Assembly (NCBI RefSeq): GCF_009914755.1
Contig: NC_060926.1
Source of the DNA: the human T2T-CHM13v2.0 reference genome, Homo sapiens
Strand: one strand, 5' to 3'
Length of the DNA: 64,000 bases
Under the pieces are notes generated by a model. It ran no database searches. It saw only the letters and a program-made list of their open reading frames with translations, and was not told where the DNA came from. The stretch's first letter is position 1. Each line of letters starts with the position of its first letter. Shown in pieces: positions 44,060 to 58,644 of the stretch. The position numbers and the translations under genes were made by a program.

Positions 44060-44795
44060 AAAGGTGCTTTTAAAAATACAAGCTAGTGATTGTACCAAAT
44101 TTGTAAATCACATAGGATAGTGGGTCATTTTAAGAATATTAGTTATTTCAATCTATAAACGTGGATGTCTTTCCTTTTTTGTGTTTTCTTTAATTTCTTT
44201 CATTAATATTTGTCATTTTTGTTGTCGAAATCTTTTACTTCCTTGGTTAAATTTATTTCTAAGTACATTTTTGTAGCTATTGTAAAAGGAATTGCTTTCT
44301 TAATTTCTTGTTTCAGCTAGTTTACTATCAATATATAGAAATGCTACTGATTTTTGTATGTTGATTTATATCCTGCAACTTTATTAATTTCATGTATCAC
44401 CCTAAGAAGCTTTTGGTAGAGTCTTATTTTTTTCCGTGTATAAGATCACATTGTCTTTAAACAGGGACAATTTGACTGTCTCCTTTCCAATTCAGATGTC
44501 CTTTATTTCTTTCTCTCACCTAATTGTCCTGGCTAAGACTTTCACTATGTGAAATATGATTGGTGAGAATAGGCATCCTTTTCTTGTTCCAGTAAAATCT
44601 TTTTCTTGTTCACAGTAAAATCTTTCACCTTTTCCACACTCAGTATGATCTTAGTTGTAGATTTGTCCTTTATGTCCTTCTGTTTTAAGGCATATATTTT
44701 CTATACTAAATTGTTGAGAGGTTTTTTGTCATGTAAGAATATTTAATTTTGCCAAACGCTTTTATTGTGTTTATTAATTTAATCATATGGTTTTC
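44060..44795 (-). mobile_element. L1 ORF2 fragment
   Basis: gaaatgctactgatttttgtatgttgatttatatcctgcaacttt and related antisense ORF2 motifs. Confidence 0.8.
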
Positions 44796-45478
44796 AGTAT
44801 ATATCCAAAGGAAAGAAAACCAGTATATCAAAGACTTACCTGCACCCCCATGTTTATTACAGCACTATTCACAATAGCCAAGATATGGAATCAACAAAAG
44901 TGTCCATCAACAGATGAATGGATAAAGAAATGTGACATACATATATAATGGAATACTATTTAGTCATAATAAAGAACAAAATCCTGTTATTTGTGGCAAC
45001 AAGAATGCAAGTGGAGGGCATTATGTTAGGTGAAATAAGCCTGGCATAGAAACATAAACACCACATAACTACGTGTTCTCACTTATGTATGGAAGCTAAA
45101 ATTTTTAATCTCGTAGAAGTAGATAGTAGAGTTTTGGTTACCATATCCTGGAAAGAGTAGGAGAAAGAAGAGTATAAGAAAAATGTGGTTAATACATACA
45201 AAATTACAGCTGGAGAGAAGGAAGAAGTTCTAGTTCTCTACAGCACTGCTGGGTGACTGTAGTTAACGGGAATTTATTGTGTGTTTTCAAATAACTAAAA
45301 TAAAAGATTTTGAATATTCTCACTGCAAAGAAATAATACATGATTTAGGTAATGGATATGATAATGACTCTGACTTGATCTTTACGCATTGCATAAATAT
45401 ATCAAAATATCACTCTGTACCCCATAACATGTACATTTATTATATGTCAATTAAAGTAAATTTAAAAGAGAAAAAATG
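44796..45478 (+). mobile_element. L1MA-like 3' end
   Basis: catgtttattacagcactattcacaatagccaagatatggaatcaac ... A-rich tail. Confidence 0.82.
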
Positions 45479-46007
45479 AGGTAAAGGTAAATATACATAA
45501 TTTAATTACTTTTTCTTCTATAAAACCCGAGTCAGTACCAAGAAGAGTCAATTTATTAGTTTTCTAAAATAAAAAAAATCAAAATCACCAAAAAAGAGCA
45601 ATATCCAAGAAAACATTGAAAATGAAACACAACATTTAGTAAGAATAGAAAACTTGGGCACTGTATCACCCTGTTCCTAGATACCGATTTACTGATGGCC
45701 ATTTAAATAGAATTTTATTCTATCTAATTCATTTATACTCCCAGAGTTCGAAATTACATTTTACCTACAATAAATGAGATAACACTTGTAAATTATATGG
45801 TACTCTGCCTAACACACGTTAATAACTCAATACATGTTAGCAATAAACTTTTAGTATAGTAGTCAAAGTATTAATTTCTCACATTGCAATTTCCTTCAAA
45901 GACATGAATACAACCTTTCTAATGACTCCTTGTTCATCAAGATACCTCTTCAAATTATTCTATTTGTTTCATTCAGTATATTATCTGTGTATACCGATAT
46001 TACACTC

Positions 46008-46329
<322 letters not shown>

Positions 46330-46673
46330 TGAATATCTTTTTGAAAGATTACACCTCTTTACTTCTTTGTGCTTCAGAAATTATTTTCCTTCAAGTGTTC
46401 TAAGAGTCTAATGAAGAATGAAGTCATGTTTTATCACTTTTGTCCTTAAAGATTTCAGACATGCTGAAACTGATTGAAGTATCATTTGCTACTAGATAGA
46501 TTAATTATCTCCAGTTGTAGGAGTGGATACATCTTTAATGGTATATTTTGGGTTATTGTCTTATTTTTGATGCAGTATTCTATAAATAATTTATTAAACC
46601 TGGCATCCTTGGGTGAGCATAGATTTTTCAACTTTGGTGTTATATTGTGTTTGCTTTTAAAAACTGCTTCTGA

Positions 46674-46977
46674 GGCCAGGTATGGTGGCTCTTGCCCATA
46701 CCCAGCACTTTGGGAGGCCAAGATGGGTGGATTACCTCAGGTCAGGAGTTCAAGACCAGCCTGGTCAACATGGCAAAACCATGTCTCTACTAAAAACACA
46801 AAATTAGCCAGGCATGGTGGTGCGTGCTTGTAGTCCTAACCACTCGAGAGGCTGAGGCAAGAGAATCACCTGAACCTGGGAGGCAAAAGTTGCTAGGTTG
46901 CTGTGAGCCAAATTCGCACCATTGCCCTCCAGCCTGGGTGAAAAGAGCAAAACTCTGTCTCAAAAAAAAAAAAAAAC
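46674..46977 (+). mobile_element. Alu with TSD
   Basis: TSD aaaaactgctt(c/t)tga. Confidence 0.9.
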
Positions 46978-49850
46978 CCACCAAAAACTGCTTTTGAATG
47001 GAGTTGTACATATAATTTTTATGAAAAAAATTAACAAGTGCATAAGTTCATAATAGAAAAACCAATAATACTCCAGGCACAAGTTAGTACTAAAAAAATT
47101 ATGTTGAATATTCTCTAATACAACATGCTTTTTCCCTTCATGAACAATTTGTGTTTTACTGAGAAGAGTCATTGTTTATGGTAGACATTAGACTACAGAT
47201 GAATATGTACTTTAAACACTCTTAGTTGCTTTCTTAATTTTATATCTGCTGCTTTATGCTTCTGTTTATTTTCATTCTTTCCAATGTCCACATTCTAGTA
47301 AATTTGAATATTTTAATCCAAGTTTATATACTATTTAATATTGCTTGTATAGTTTAGTATTTTTAAGACTCAAAAAGGTTTACAGAAAGAAGAAAAAGAT
47401 CAACATGTTATTAATCATTTAAAGATCATTTTGAAATCTTTGACCTTTATATTTTAATGAATAAAATATTAGTAGTTATTAGTATAAAATAATTTATGTC
47501 TTTTGGACTTAGCATCCAGTATTTCTTTTTTAATAAAGAAAATAATTATTCTCTTGCAATGTACTATGTTTATCTGGGTTTTGAAAAGTGATGTTTCCTA
47601 ATATGAGAAAGCCATTACAGTTTTAAATCTACAAAGGCAAATGGAATGGTACTAAATTATTTACATAATAATGTTTAGATGGTGGCCCTTATAACATTCT
47701 TTCTATACTTCCTACAGAGTTGGGGATATGCAATTCTAGAATATTTCTGGGAGCTAATCCTTTAGCTTGATGAATGAAACAAGACTTTTAAATAAAATTA
47801 AACTTTCAAATTATCCAGGTAATGGGCCTGTCTTTTAATTCAATGGATATGGAGCATAATGAATTAACCCCTGTTCATTGGGTAATAAGTTCTCATTCTT
47901 TTAATACTCAAAATGTCCTTTAATTTTTAATTTTTGATAGTCATATCATTATCCCTAGGTATTTTAGCTTCTATCTTAAATTCTAAAATAATTTTGAAAT
48001 AGGAGAAAGTATTCTTTATTACTATATGTATTAAACATCATGGTTTTCAAATTGAACTGCAAATGTATCTTTTCATTGCTTCTTGATGACGCCCTTCACC
48101 CTATCCATATTGTCACTACCAAGTGGTGATTACTTTTCAGGTTCACATACTTATTCTTCAGAAAAATCTTCTCTGTGCCTTATAAAGAATATGATTGTTG
48201 GCATTCAAAAGCCAGTGAAGTATACATTATTAGCCTGTTGCCTAACTCATTTCTTTAAGAAACTACACTAATTACCCACATACTTATGTTTTTATTTCCT
48301 CATTATTTCTGGAGAAAACAAATACTGCTAACGTGATATTTGTAAGAGAGAAAAAAGTCTTTTCTTGAAAAGTGCTGTCATTGTAGTACTAACTTATAGT
48401 ATCAACTTCTTTATAAACTCCTTAGACACTTTTTATTCTGAGAGAAATAAAAAAGCTAAAAGTCAAATGACTTTTTTTACTCTCCTTATTATAAGCACCC
48501 ATCTTGGTAATTTAGGGTCTTTATAGTTAGGGTAAGTTGTGTCATACCGAGGTTACAAAATAAAAAGTATTTTGTCTCTTTGGGCCTTTCCTTATTCAGT
48601 AATACTGTCAGTTTGGCTTTTTTTGTAGGTCAACTTATTGAACTCAGTATTCTGAAATAATATGTTTACTATCTTTTGAGAAGCACTTAAAATATTAGAT
48701 TTATTGTTACTCTTCTGCCTTTATTGGGCTGGAAGAATAATTGTTTCACTCCACAAAAGGCAAGTTGCGGAGAAAAACACATAGACATTCAACCGCAAAG
48801 CAGAGAAACTTGACTATTTTCTGCAATTTTAAAGTGTATATTGAATAAAACCATCTTTTTATTTTCTTTTTTGCTCACTGGCAAATATTAACAACATCAA
48901 GTGTATTATTATAATGTTATCTAGTTAAAAATCTCAAAAAGTTTTCATAATTACCATTTTAAAATATATAAATAGGTGACCTAATGTTAATTTTTATTGT
49001 CTGAGACCATGTCTGTTATTTCACTCTTTAAATTCAGTTAGTAGTGCAGAACCTAGCACTTAGTAGATACTCAAAAATTATTTGCTGAATAAAAAAAGGT
49101 TAAACATGTAATATATACAAAATGTACTGGAAAAAAATGCACCAAACAATTTTGTTATACCAGTTTAATGTAAATATTGCCTTTAAAAGATAATATAGTT
49201 TTCAGGTGTCTACAGTGATTTTGTAATATTTGTGCACATATAAAATAATATTTCCAAAAATGTAATCCAGTGGGGAAATATACTTTCTAAATTCTAGATT
49301 TATAATTTAGGGTTTAAATTATAAAATCATTAAATAAGACACAAGTGAAATGTAGTCAAATATCCCCTTGGAAAAAAATTAAGTGGCCTCTAAAGTGAGA
49401 TATTCATATATGTAAATTTTACAATCCTCTAGTGATAGAATTAATTAAATACACCACCAAATTGATTAATTCCTACTGTGTTAAAAGAGAAGCACTAACA
49501 ATGCCAGTTACCATGTAACATGGATTTAAGCTACAAGTCATAGAAATGTGATGAGAAGCCTCAGCGCTGTAAAACAGAGGGTGGAGGAAAGCTTTTCCTC
49601 TCTCAAATGAGCTTTGCGAGGTATACTTCTTGAAGGATAGGAAGTTGAAGTGTTCAGGACTTTTATGTCTATTCTACTTTGGCTTAGTTTACATGATTCG
49701 TAGTTTGTTAGCCTAGAAATGGCCAAGAAAACTTAAGGTTCAATAATTAGTTATAAATATGAAATATCCCCGATTTTTAAGATAAAAACAACTTATAAAT
49801 GTATTTGTCTGTAAAAATTGTGTATATTTTTACAGAACATCTATTTCTTT

Positions 49851-50607
49851 TTTTATTTTTTTATATTTATTTATTATGCTTTAAATTCTAGGGTACACAT
49901 GCACAGTGTGCAGGTTTGTTGCATATGTATCCATGTGCCATGTTGGTGTGCTGCACCCATTTACTCATCATTTATATTAGGCATATCTCCTAATGCTATC
50001 CCTCCCCCCTCCCCCCACCCCACAACAGGCCCTGGTGTGTGATGTTCCCCTTCCTGTGTCCAAGTGTTCTCATTGTTCAATTCCCACCTATGAGTGAGAA
50101 CATGTGGTGTTTGGTTTTTTGTCCTTGCGATAGTTTGCTGAGAATGATGGTTTCCAGCTTCATCCGTGCCCCTACAAAGGACATGAACTCATCATTTTTT
50201 ATGGATGCCTAGTATTCCATGGTGTATATGTGCCACATGTTCTTCATCCAGTCTATCATTGTTGGACATTTGGGTTGGTTCCAAGTCTTTGCTATTGTGA
50301 ATAGTGCTGCAATAAACATACGTGTGCATGTGTCTTTATAGCAGCACGATTTATAATCCTTTGGGTATATACTCAGTAGTGGGATGGCTGGGTCAAATGG
50401 TATCTCTAGTTCTAGATCCCTGAGGAATGGCCACACTGTCTTCCACAATGGTTGAACTAGTTTACAGTCCCACCAACAGTGTGAAAGTGTTCCTATTTCT
50501 CCACATCCTCTCCAGCACCTGTTGTTTCCTGACTTTTTAATGATCGCCATTCTAACTGGTGTGAGATGGTATCTCATTGTGGTTTTGATTTGCATTTCTC
50601 TGATGGG
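49851..50607 (-). mobile_element. L1PA 3' fragment (ORF2 C-terminus + 3'UTR) with TSD
   Basis: ORF 50209-50595 is the ORF2p Cys-rich end ([18 protein letters not shown]); TSD tctatttcttt at 49840-49850 and 50608-50618. Confidence 0.95.
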
Positions 50608-52589
50608 TCTATTTCTTTAAAACAAAGGGAGGGGAGTCTCTCATTTGCATTAGTTTTTTTCATAGCCTTTTAAACTTTGCAATTTCTATGTTTCAGAACC
50701 TATTTCTTACAGTTTTTCTATGCTAAACTCTGTCCTAGTCAGTTCTAGAGTGTATGAAGAACCAAATGATGTAATTGTATGCCACCTGGCTGTAGTGGAA
50801 CAAATTTGACTCTTAAGTATGCAGGCTCTAATTTTCCTGTCTGGTTTTGGCAAGTATTCCTTACATAGGTTTTTTCTTTGAAAATCTGGGATTGAGAGGT
50901 TGATGAATGAAAATTAATCCTTTCACTTTTTTGTATATAGGTTTGCAATAATTAGGTCAGAGTGGAGTTTTAAGGTCACGGAGGGGTCTGATGACTTACA
51001 AATAATGGGCTCTGATTGGGCAACTACTCATCTGAGTTCCTTCCATTTGACCTAATTAAGCTTGTGAAATTTACACTAAGCCATGAGCTCATCTTTAAAA
51101 AGTTTTATTAAAAGATTTTCAGCTGTTCCAAATGGGACTTATTAGTGGAATGTGTTTTAAAGGATCATATCAGATGAATGAAAGGTATTTGATCCTTCGT
51201 TTCCTTAATAATAAAATGATGGTTTGGAAAAATAGGCTACAGTCTAACCACAGTGCTATTATTAGGCTTTCTTGTTAAACATAGGTCTAAGCCTAAGTAT
51301 GTCAATACAGCAAATACTTACTGTTTCATTTCTAGTAATGAAAAAAAAAAAAACAAGTCTTTCTGGCATAAGGATGATTTTCATCTGGTTATTTTGAAAC
51401 ATTTTTGTAAAATAAATTTACATCTATAAAGAACATTTTTATTTGTAAGGAGGGGTATGTCTCTGTGCACTGGAAGAGAGGGAGGACTAAATCACTGGGA
51501 AGTCTTATGATAAAGAAGCCATTGGCTTAAATCAGCAAAGCAAGCTGTCCCTTGGTTTAAGGTGTTTTTCCTGGCCATCCTGTCTTGACTAGAACTTTAC
51601 CTACACCTTCCTTTTTGGTTTAGGCAAATTATGGTATCTAAAACTAAAGTCTCAGCTCTGTGTCTTTGACATATAAATGTTCTACCATGTCTTCTCTGGA
51701 ATCTGATAACTATCTATCTCTTTAAAATGCAAGTCTAGGGAGATGACTCATCAGAAAAAGAAGAAAAAAGAGGTATTTGGAAATTGTGCAAATTAAAGCA
51801 GCCCCTGATGTCAAAGTCTACACATTCCTGAGTGAGTCAGTTCTGGCCAGTTCTAGCTGGATCAAGAGAGCTCTTCTGGGCAGGCCTGAAGAGCACCTGG
51901 ATGGCAGACACCTGAGGAGCCAGGTGCCTGAAACTTCCTCCACCTTCTTGAGGAGTGCCAAAGCCCAGGTGCTGGCTGGACAACCCCTTCTGGCTACCTA
52001 AGCAGATGGCAGAAGAAGGAAACAAGGTCAGAGGCAGAGTATTGAACCCTGCCTCCCAGGTGGGTGGAAGATGCCTGTCGCCAAACTAGAGCCCAGCTGG
52101 CCGGGTGAGATGGGTGAACTGGTGATCCCCCGAGAGTGTGGACATCAGAACTACATGTTCCTGTACTTCACCTCGGCCAGCGAAGGAGAGAGAGGGTTAA
52201 TGTTAACTGCACGAGGCCCATTCTAGCCTTAAATTCTGTAATTCAAACCCTTCCCTTGGAGACAAAACAAACATGACAAGGAATTCTGAGGTCAGGGGAC
52301 AAGAATCACAAAGTGGGAGACTGAGGAGGCAGTGTCCTTCCTGCCCTTGGTCTACTGGCTAAGAACCTTCCTCAGCCTGACCTTTGCACATTGCACTTTC
52401 AGCTCTGTTTGCAATTTTCCTCCTTTAGTGCTGATGGAATCCCAGTGTTCCATTCTGAAATCTATAGGTTCCTAATGTGTGGTTAAAAAAAACCTCAGCG
52501 AGAGAAGCAGAAAATGTTTCCTCTTCCTGAAAAACTGTAGAAAGGCAGGCACCATTCTGGGTGAGGACATGGTCCTTGCAAATGTCTTT

Positions 52590-52895
<306 letters not shown>

Positions 52896-55343
52896 CTGCA
52901 AACGTCTTTAAAGACAGCGTGTTTCAGAGGCTGTGACAGTGCCCTGTGAACATGCCAATTCTCACAGTCCCGGGAGCTCTGAGGAGCAGGCCCAGCTCCT
53001 TGCCAGGCTGATGGTACTGAAACTCTGCTCTCCAAGATATAACCTGATGGCCGTGCAAGATTTCTTAATCGACTGTGGACCGTGAGAGTCTGCATCTCAT
53101 TTTAATTAAGATGGGAAAAGAAAGAACAAAAGAGCAACTCCCAGGTTATAGAGAAAGTGGATTTTAGTATAATATTCAAGTGTAGCATTGCTAATAATAA
53201 CAAACCTTTCCCCTCCCAAACGGTAAACACTTGCACTGCCTATTATACAAAAATTCAACCACCCTCTCTGTTACCCCAATATCTCCTCCCCAGTGACCCC
53301 CCCCCATGCGGCCTCCTGAGCCTGACCAGTGGTGAATGGCACTTTCATGGGCATGAGACTCCACGTGAGTGGGACTCAGCTGGGACCCCTCTCCACGTGG
53401 GAGCTGGGGAAGCCACCCTAGTAGCAGCTCAAAGTGTCCGTGATGTCCCTGCTGCTGAGGTAGGGGCCGCCTCTGAGCTGGTCTCGGGGTGTGAGCTGCT
53501 GCTGGTAGTAGGCTCTGCCCTGAGGGCCTGGTGGCTGGTCAGAAGGGCAGGCACACATGGGTGACTCCCCAGGAACTCAGGCCACCTCCCCACCACAGCC
53601 CTGCACTGTGTGCTCCAGGCATGTGCTGAGTGCCTGGTCAATCACCAGTGCCCTGTTGATCCCAGTCTCCAGAGAGAGCATTTAGTGTCACTCCACAGAG
53701 GGGGAAACTCGGCCCAGAGAAGTAAGGTGACTCTCTCCAGTCACAGAGCTGGTCAGCAGTAGGATGGGAGGCTAGTCCCTTGCTGTCTGACTCCCTGAGC
53801 CCACCCATATCCCAAGGCAGCCAACCTCTGCCCGCCCTGGTTCAGGCCCCGACTGGCCCCTGTGGTGGGTGATGTCTATCTTCCTGGCCTTTGTGCTCCC
53901 AGCCAACTGGGATGGAGCCTCCAGCTGGCATGACATGTTGTAGCTACGGACAGAAGAGTGGCTGTGAGGCTGCCAGGAATCTCACCAGGGCCCCCTCCCA
54001 GGGCCTGTCCAGAGTGAGGTCTGGGTACCCCAGGCATTGCCAGACCACAGGATCTGATGTTGGCCAAGAGGCCATGGCCACAGGCTTTCTGAGGCTGGCC
54101 CCCAGGGAGAGTTCAATCCTACTATCCCAATTCCTGTCCTGGCCTTACCTCTCAGTCTCACCGAGCCGCTTCGTGGTCCCAAACCAGGACCCAAAGTGCT
54201 GCTTGGGCTCAAGGTTGTAATTATTTGCAGTCAACTGGAGCAGTGGACCTCCTTGCTTACTTTGAATTCCTGGGTCCAGAGGGAAAAACTGGGTGGTGAC
54301 AGGGACTGGACAGGGATGCCACAGGGGCCCTGTGGGGGTGTTAGATGGGGTGGTGGCCAGTCTTTGCTCATAGGGGACCCCCTCCTCCTCTCCAGTCCTG
54401 TCCCCACCTGTTCTCAGAGCTGGCTCAAACAGCAGCTCCTCCAGGAATGTGTCCTTGGTTTCAACCTGGTACTCCCACCTGCAGGTCTTCCTGGAGTGTC
54501 TCCTCTTTCTCTCTGTCTCCCCATAAATCTAAGATGAGGGGGATGGATCTGCCCACTGCTACTCACCGTATGACTCTTGTGAGGTTGATCAGTCTCCCCT
54601 GGAAGGCCAACAGCTGAAGTCCATCAGAAAGGGTCCTCTGGCCCAGAGCCAGCCCCTGCCCACCCCTGTCATGCTGCACCCAGGGTGCAAGACCCAGATC
54701 AGGTCTGGGTGACAGGAGGGGTATAGAGGGGCTGAGGCTCAGGGGCCTTCTAGCCTAACTTGTCTGGAGACAGTTGGGGAAACTGAGACCCCAAGCAGGG
54801 AGGTATGGCTCCGAGAGATTATTCTCATTAATCTGGAACATTTTTGCAAGCTGTTAGGTATAGGAAGTCTGTCACAGGTAAGAGAAATGCTTTTTAAGAG
54901 CATGAGAGACAGCAGGGTTGTCACAATATTGAAACACCACCGTGCAGATTCACCAATTGCCACCACCGGGAGTCCCCTGAGAGTCATTGCAGATGCACAG
55001 CCCTCCCCTGCAACCCCTGGACCTCCCCGTGGTCTGGCACCTAAAGGGTTATGCCTCATGGCGGGAATCAGGGCCCTCAGGGTGCCCTGCCCACTCCAAG
55101 GTCTGCCTCTGCTCTGATTGGTCACTGACATTCAGATTGTCACCCAAATATAAGGACGTTAGCAGAAAGATTCATTCAATACAAGTGGACTCAGACATAG
55201 ATAGGAATTGGGTTGCAAAAAGCCCCTTTTGTTTATTTTATTTTGGAAAAAACTTTTATTGTGAAAATTCACATATATATATATATATAAAAACTCAATC
55301 AATGCAAAAGGATAGACAATGAACAAATGAATTCCCCTTCCAC

Positions 55344-55513
55344 TCCAGATCCCCAACTCAGATCCAGACCTCCTGAGCCCACTTCCCCCATCTCATCACA
55401 GATCCAGACCTCCTGAGCCCACTTTCCCCATCTCATCACAGATCCAGACCTCCCCCACTTTCCCCATCTCATCACAGATCCAGACCTCCTGAGCCCACTT
55501 CCCCATCTCATCA
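55344..55513. repeat. ~40-bp minisatellite, ~4 copies
   Basis: Unit cagatccagacctcctgagcccactttccccatctcatca at 55359, 55399, 55439 (36 bp) and 55475. Confidence 0.92.
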
Positions 55514-55532
55514 CCAGTGATTTCTTGGGCTC

Positions 55533-55825
55533 TGCATTAGTTTTCTATTGCTGCTGCAACAAACAGCTACAGACTCAGTGGCTTCCATTTCTGTCTTATA
55601 GTTCTGGTTGCCAAAAGTCCTAAGAGGATCTCACTGGGCTAAAGTCAAGGTGCTGGTGGGGCTATGTCCCTTCTGGAGGCTCAAGGGATGAATCGGGTCC
55701 CTGCCTTTTCTAGCTTCTAGGGGCTCCAGCTTCTAGGTTTGTGGCCTCCTTCCTCCATCCTCAAAGCCAGCAACAGCAGGTGAAGTCCTCGCCCATCATG
55801 CATCACTCTCCCTTCTTCCTCCTTC
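55533..55825 (-). mobile_element. MLT1 LTR fragment
   Basis: ttagttttctattgctgctgcaacaa...tctcactgggctaaagtcaaggtg...gccttttctagcttctag. Confidence 0.7.
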
Positions 55826-57423
55826 AACTTTTTTTTTTATATTTAGGGGGAACGAGTACCGGATTCTTACATAGTCAAAAAGCTCCTTATAGAGAAGCTT
55901 GGAACTTTCAATACAACTTTGCCTTTTTTGCCATTTTAATTTTCCATTTAATTTAAATGTATTCTCTCATTTGACCTTCATACTCTGTGGAGAAATATTC
56001 CTATTTCGGCTTGTATTGACAAGCTGTTTTCACACAGCCCCCACATCACCCAACCAACCAGCAAGAAACAGATAAAGAAACTGAGGCCCAGGGAGGCTGA
56101 GTCCTGCCAGGATCATTCACCTTTCAAGGTAGGGAGCCAGTTCCAGACCTGGGTTTGTGCAGCTCCAAGCTCCCCCGTCTTTCTACAATGCTAGATTTAG
56201 ACTATAGCAATCTAGCAAGTGTGGCCACACAATGGTCAAGTTGGATTTAGATGATGTTCCCTATAAATCCATTCTCCTCTCCCGTGTAAGCAAGGCAAAG
56301 TACTCCAGGCCATGGGGAGTCCCTGAAGACTCGATGAACTGCAGTGGCCACATCAGGAGGTTGCAGGTTGACCAGAACTCACCGACACAGCAGGAGAGCA
56401 GCTTGGAACCTGCAACCTAGCCAAAACCTAGTGCCTTGGATTGGGGGAGAAAACAGGCAGCCATTCCTCTCTCTCTGCTGGCTAGAGGGGATTCTGGCTT
56501 TTCCTGCCAGAGCCACCCCTTTCCCTCCTCCTAAAGTTGATGGTGGTTCTTTAAGGAAAGGGAGAAGTGCACGGTGTGATAGGGCAGGAAGAGAAGAAAA
56601 TGGAGGAGAGGAGGGGACTTTCCCATAAGCAGGCAGAAGAAAAGGCAGCTGTGGTGTGTGATGGACATGGATGCAGTGGTGTCCAATGTGGGGTCAGCCC
56701 TAGATGAGAGACAGAGAGAGAGAGACAGAAAAGTGAGAGTCCTGACCCTTACGATTAACATGGGATCTGCCTGCAAATGCTGTTTAGGGCCATCGCCTCT
56801 TCCTGTACTGCTATTTTTGAGAGTGATGCTCCTGAGCCCCATGACCCAGTCAAATTTGATGTCCCCTCGAGCCAGATTCAGTGCTGGGAGTCCAGTGTGA
56901 TCTGCCTGGATCTTGCTGCATTGAGAACAGGCCAGATCTTGACCCCAATACAGGGGCTGGATATGAACAGGCAACAGCTGGGTTTCTGAGTCAGAAAGAC
57001 TTGGTTAATTGCTAATTGCTTAGGTGAGTAATTTAATTTTGTTGAGTCAGATTCTTCAGCTACAAAATGCAGATGACAGTACTTATTCCTCCAGGTTGTG
57101 GGGAAAATGGAGATTCTAAGCACGATGTCCATTTCACAGAAAGGTACCAATTTGGTGGCTTATTTTCCTTTCTACCTTCAGAAGTGGCTATCCCTGCCAC
57201 CCAAACAGACCCTTGACTCTCAAGTGGACGGGGTCCCATTTGCACAGGGGGAGACCTTACAGCCTACGTTGAGTCTATACTTACCACTTAGTGAGCATTG
57301 TGTCCGCTCAGGGGCCTCTGTGGGCATCCGTCTCCTCTGCAGCATCTTTCCTCCCCACTGCTGGGTCTGCACATGACCTCCTCCTTGGGTTAGGCCTCTG
57401 ATCAGTGATGACCTTGGTATGGT

Positions 57424-57671
57424 GGTGATGGTCAGTCTTGGCATCAAATGAGCCAGTTTATATCATCAGCTATTCAATAAAATACCAATCTAGGTGTCAC
57501 CGTGAAAGTATTTTGTGACATTGTTATGTACGTGTTGTTACAAATGTGCATGATGCATTTACTACAGCATAGAATTTTGCCTGGGTGCCAGCCTGAAGTC
57601 TGTCCGACAGATCATAGCCATGTTAGTCCCACAGTCACAGGGGCCAATTGATTAAATTATTTTATCTCCCT
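57424..57671 (+). mobile_element. MLT2-type (ERV-L) LTR, interrupted by MER4
   Basis: gtgatggtcagtctt..., ctaggtgtcaccgtgaaagtatttt, ccacagtcacaggggccaatt. Resumes after 58601 as ctctctttcta(CA)n. Confidence 0.6.
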
Positions 57672-58601
57672 TGAAAACTAAAAATAAAATCCTAAGCCCC
57701 CCACCCGACTTAACAGACCCCCTGTTGGCCAACGGAACCTCAAATAAATCTTAAAATTCAGTTCTTGGCCATGACAGGACAGGAGGTCAGACATACCTCC
57801 CTGTACCTCCCTCCCTCTTATGGTTTAGACCCCACAACTGAACAGCATTAATGTTAAAATAGAGATCATGAGACTGACAGAACAGACTCTTTGTGGCAAT
57901 AAGACCTCAAATTATAAACAGGACCTAGGGCCATGCCAGGCGAGCGTTAAGTCTTGTAGCCTACTCTTAAAGAATTAACTAGATTCTAACTACCACGTGG
58001 GTTTTATTTTTCTCTAGCAACCAAGCAAGCACTGGCTGTGAGAGAAGCAAGATTAAAACAATTACAACTCACCCAGTTCACAGACGCTGAGTAACTGATC
58101 TCCTGCCCCACTAACCTTAATGACAGCTTTCTCTGGACAAGGGACTGATTTCAGTAACTTTCTCCTGATAAGAGACCATCCTCCATGGACTGGTTCTGGC
58201 CAGTTTTGGAGGCTGTGCCTGTACAGAGGGTGAGTACCTTCATGTCCCTGCTTCACTTTTTGATGTGTAGGGCCTAATTATAATACATTTAAATGTCAAG
58301 TCTCCACCCCAGAATGAACATGCATGTTTATTGAATATGCATTCATTAGGACCTCTTTTATGAGTATTCTCATAAAATGATATAGCTCCTCTGATATCCT
58401 ATTGAGTATGTATATGTAGCCAACTCATTTGGCTCAAATTCCTGTCCTCTCCTTCCCTCCCTGGAAATGCCTGCCTCTGGCCTTGGCTGTAGGCCACACT
58501 TCCCAGCCTGTCATAATGGCCACCTTGCAGACTGCAAACCTATATAAGAAATAAAGCTCTCTTTTCTAAATTTATAAAATTGTGTGATTTTTTAGTTGAT
58601 G
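57672..58601 (+). mobile_element. MER4-family (ERV1) solo LTR
   Basis: Starts tgaaaactaaaaataaaatcctaagcccccca; contains cagcattaatgttaaaatagagatcatgagactgac; AATAAA ~58550; ends ttttagttgatg. Confidence 0.8.
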
Positions 58602-58608
58602 CTCTCTT

Positions 58609-58642
<34 letters not shown>

Positions 58643-58644
<2 letters not shown>

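Noticed and set aside
50209-50595. 128-aa CCHC-containing ORF
   Set aside because: C-terminus of L1 ORF2p in a 5'-truncated insertion.
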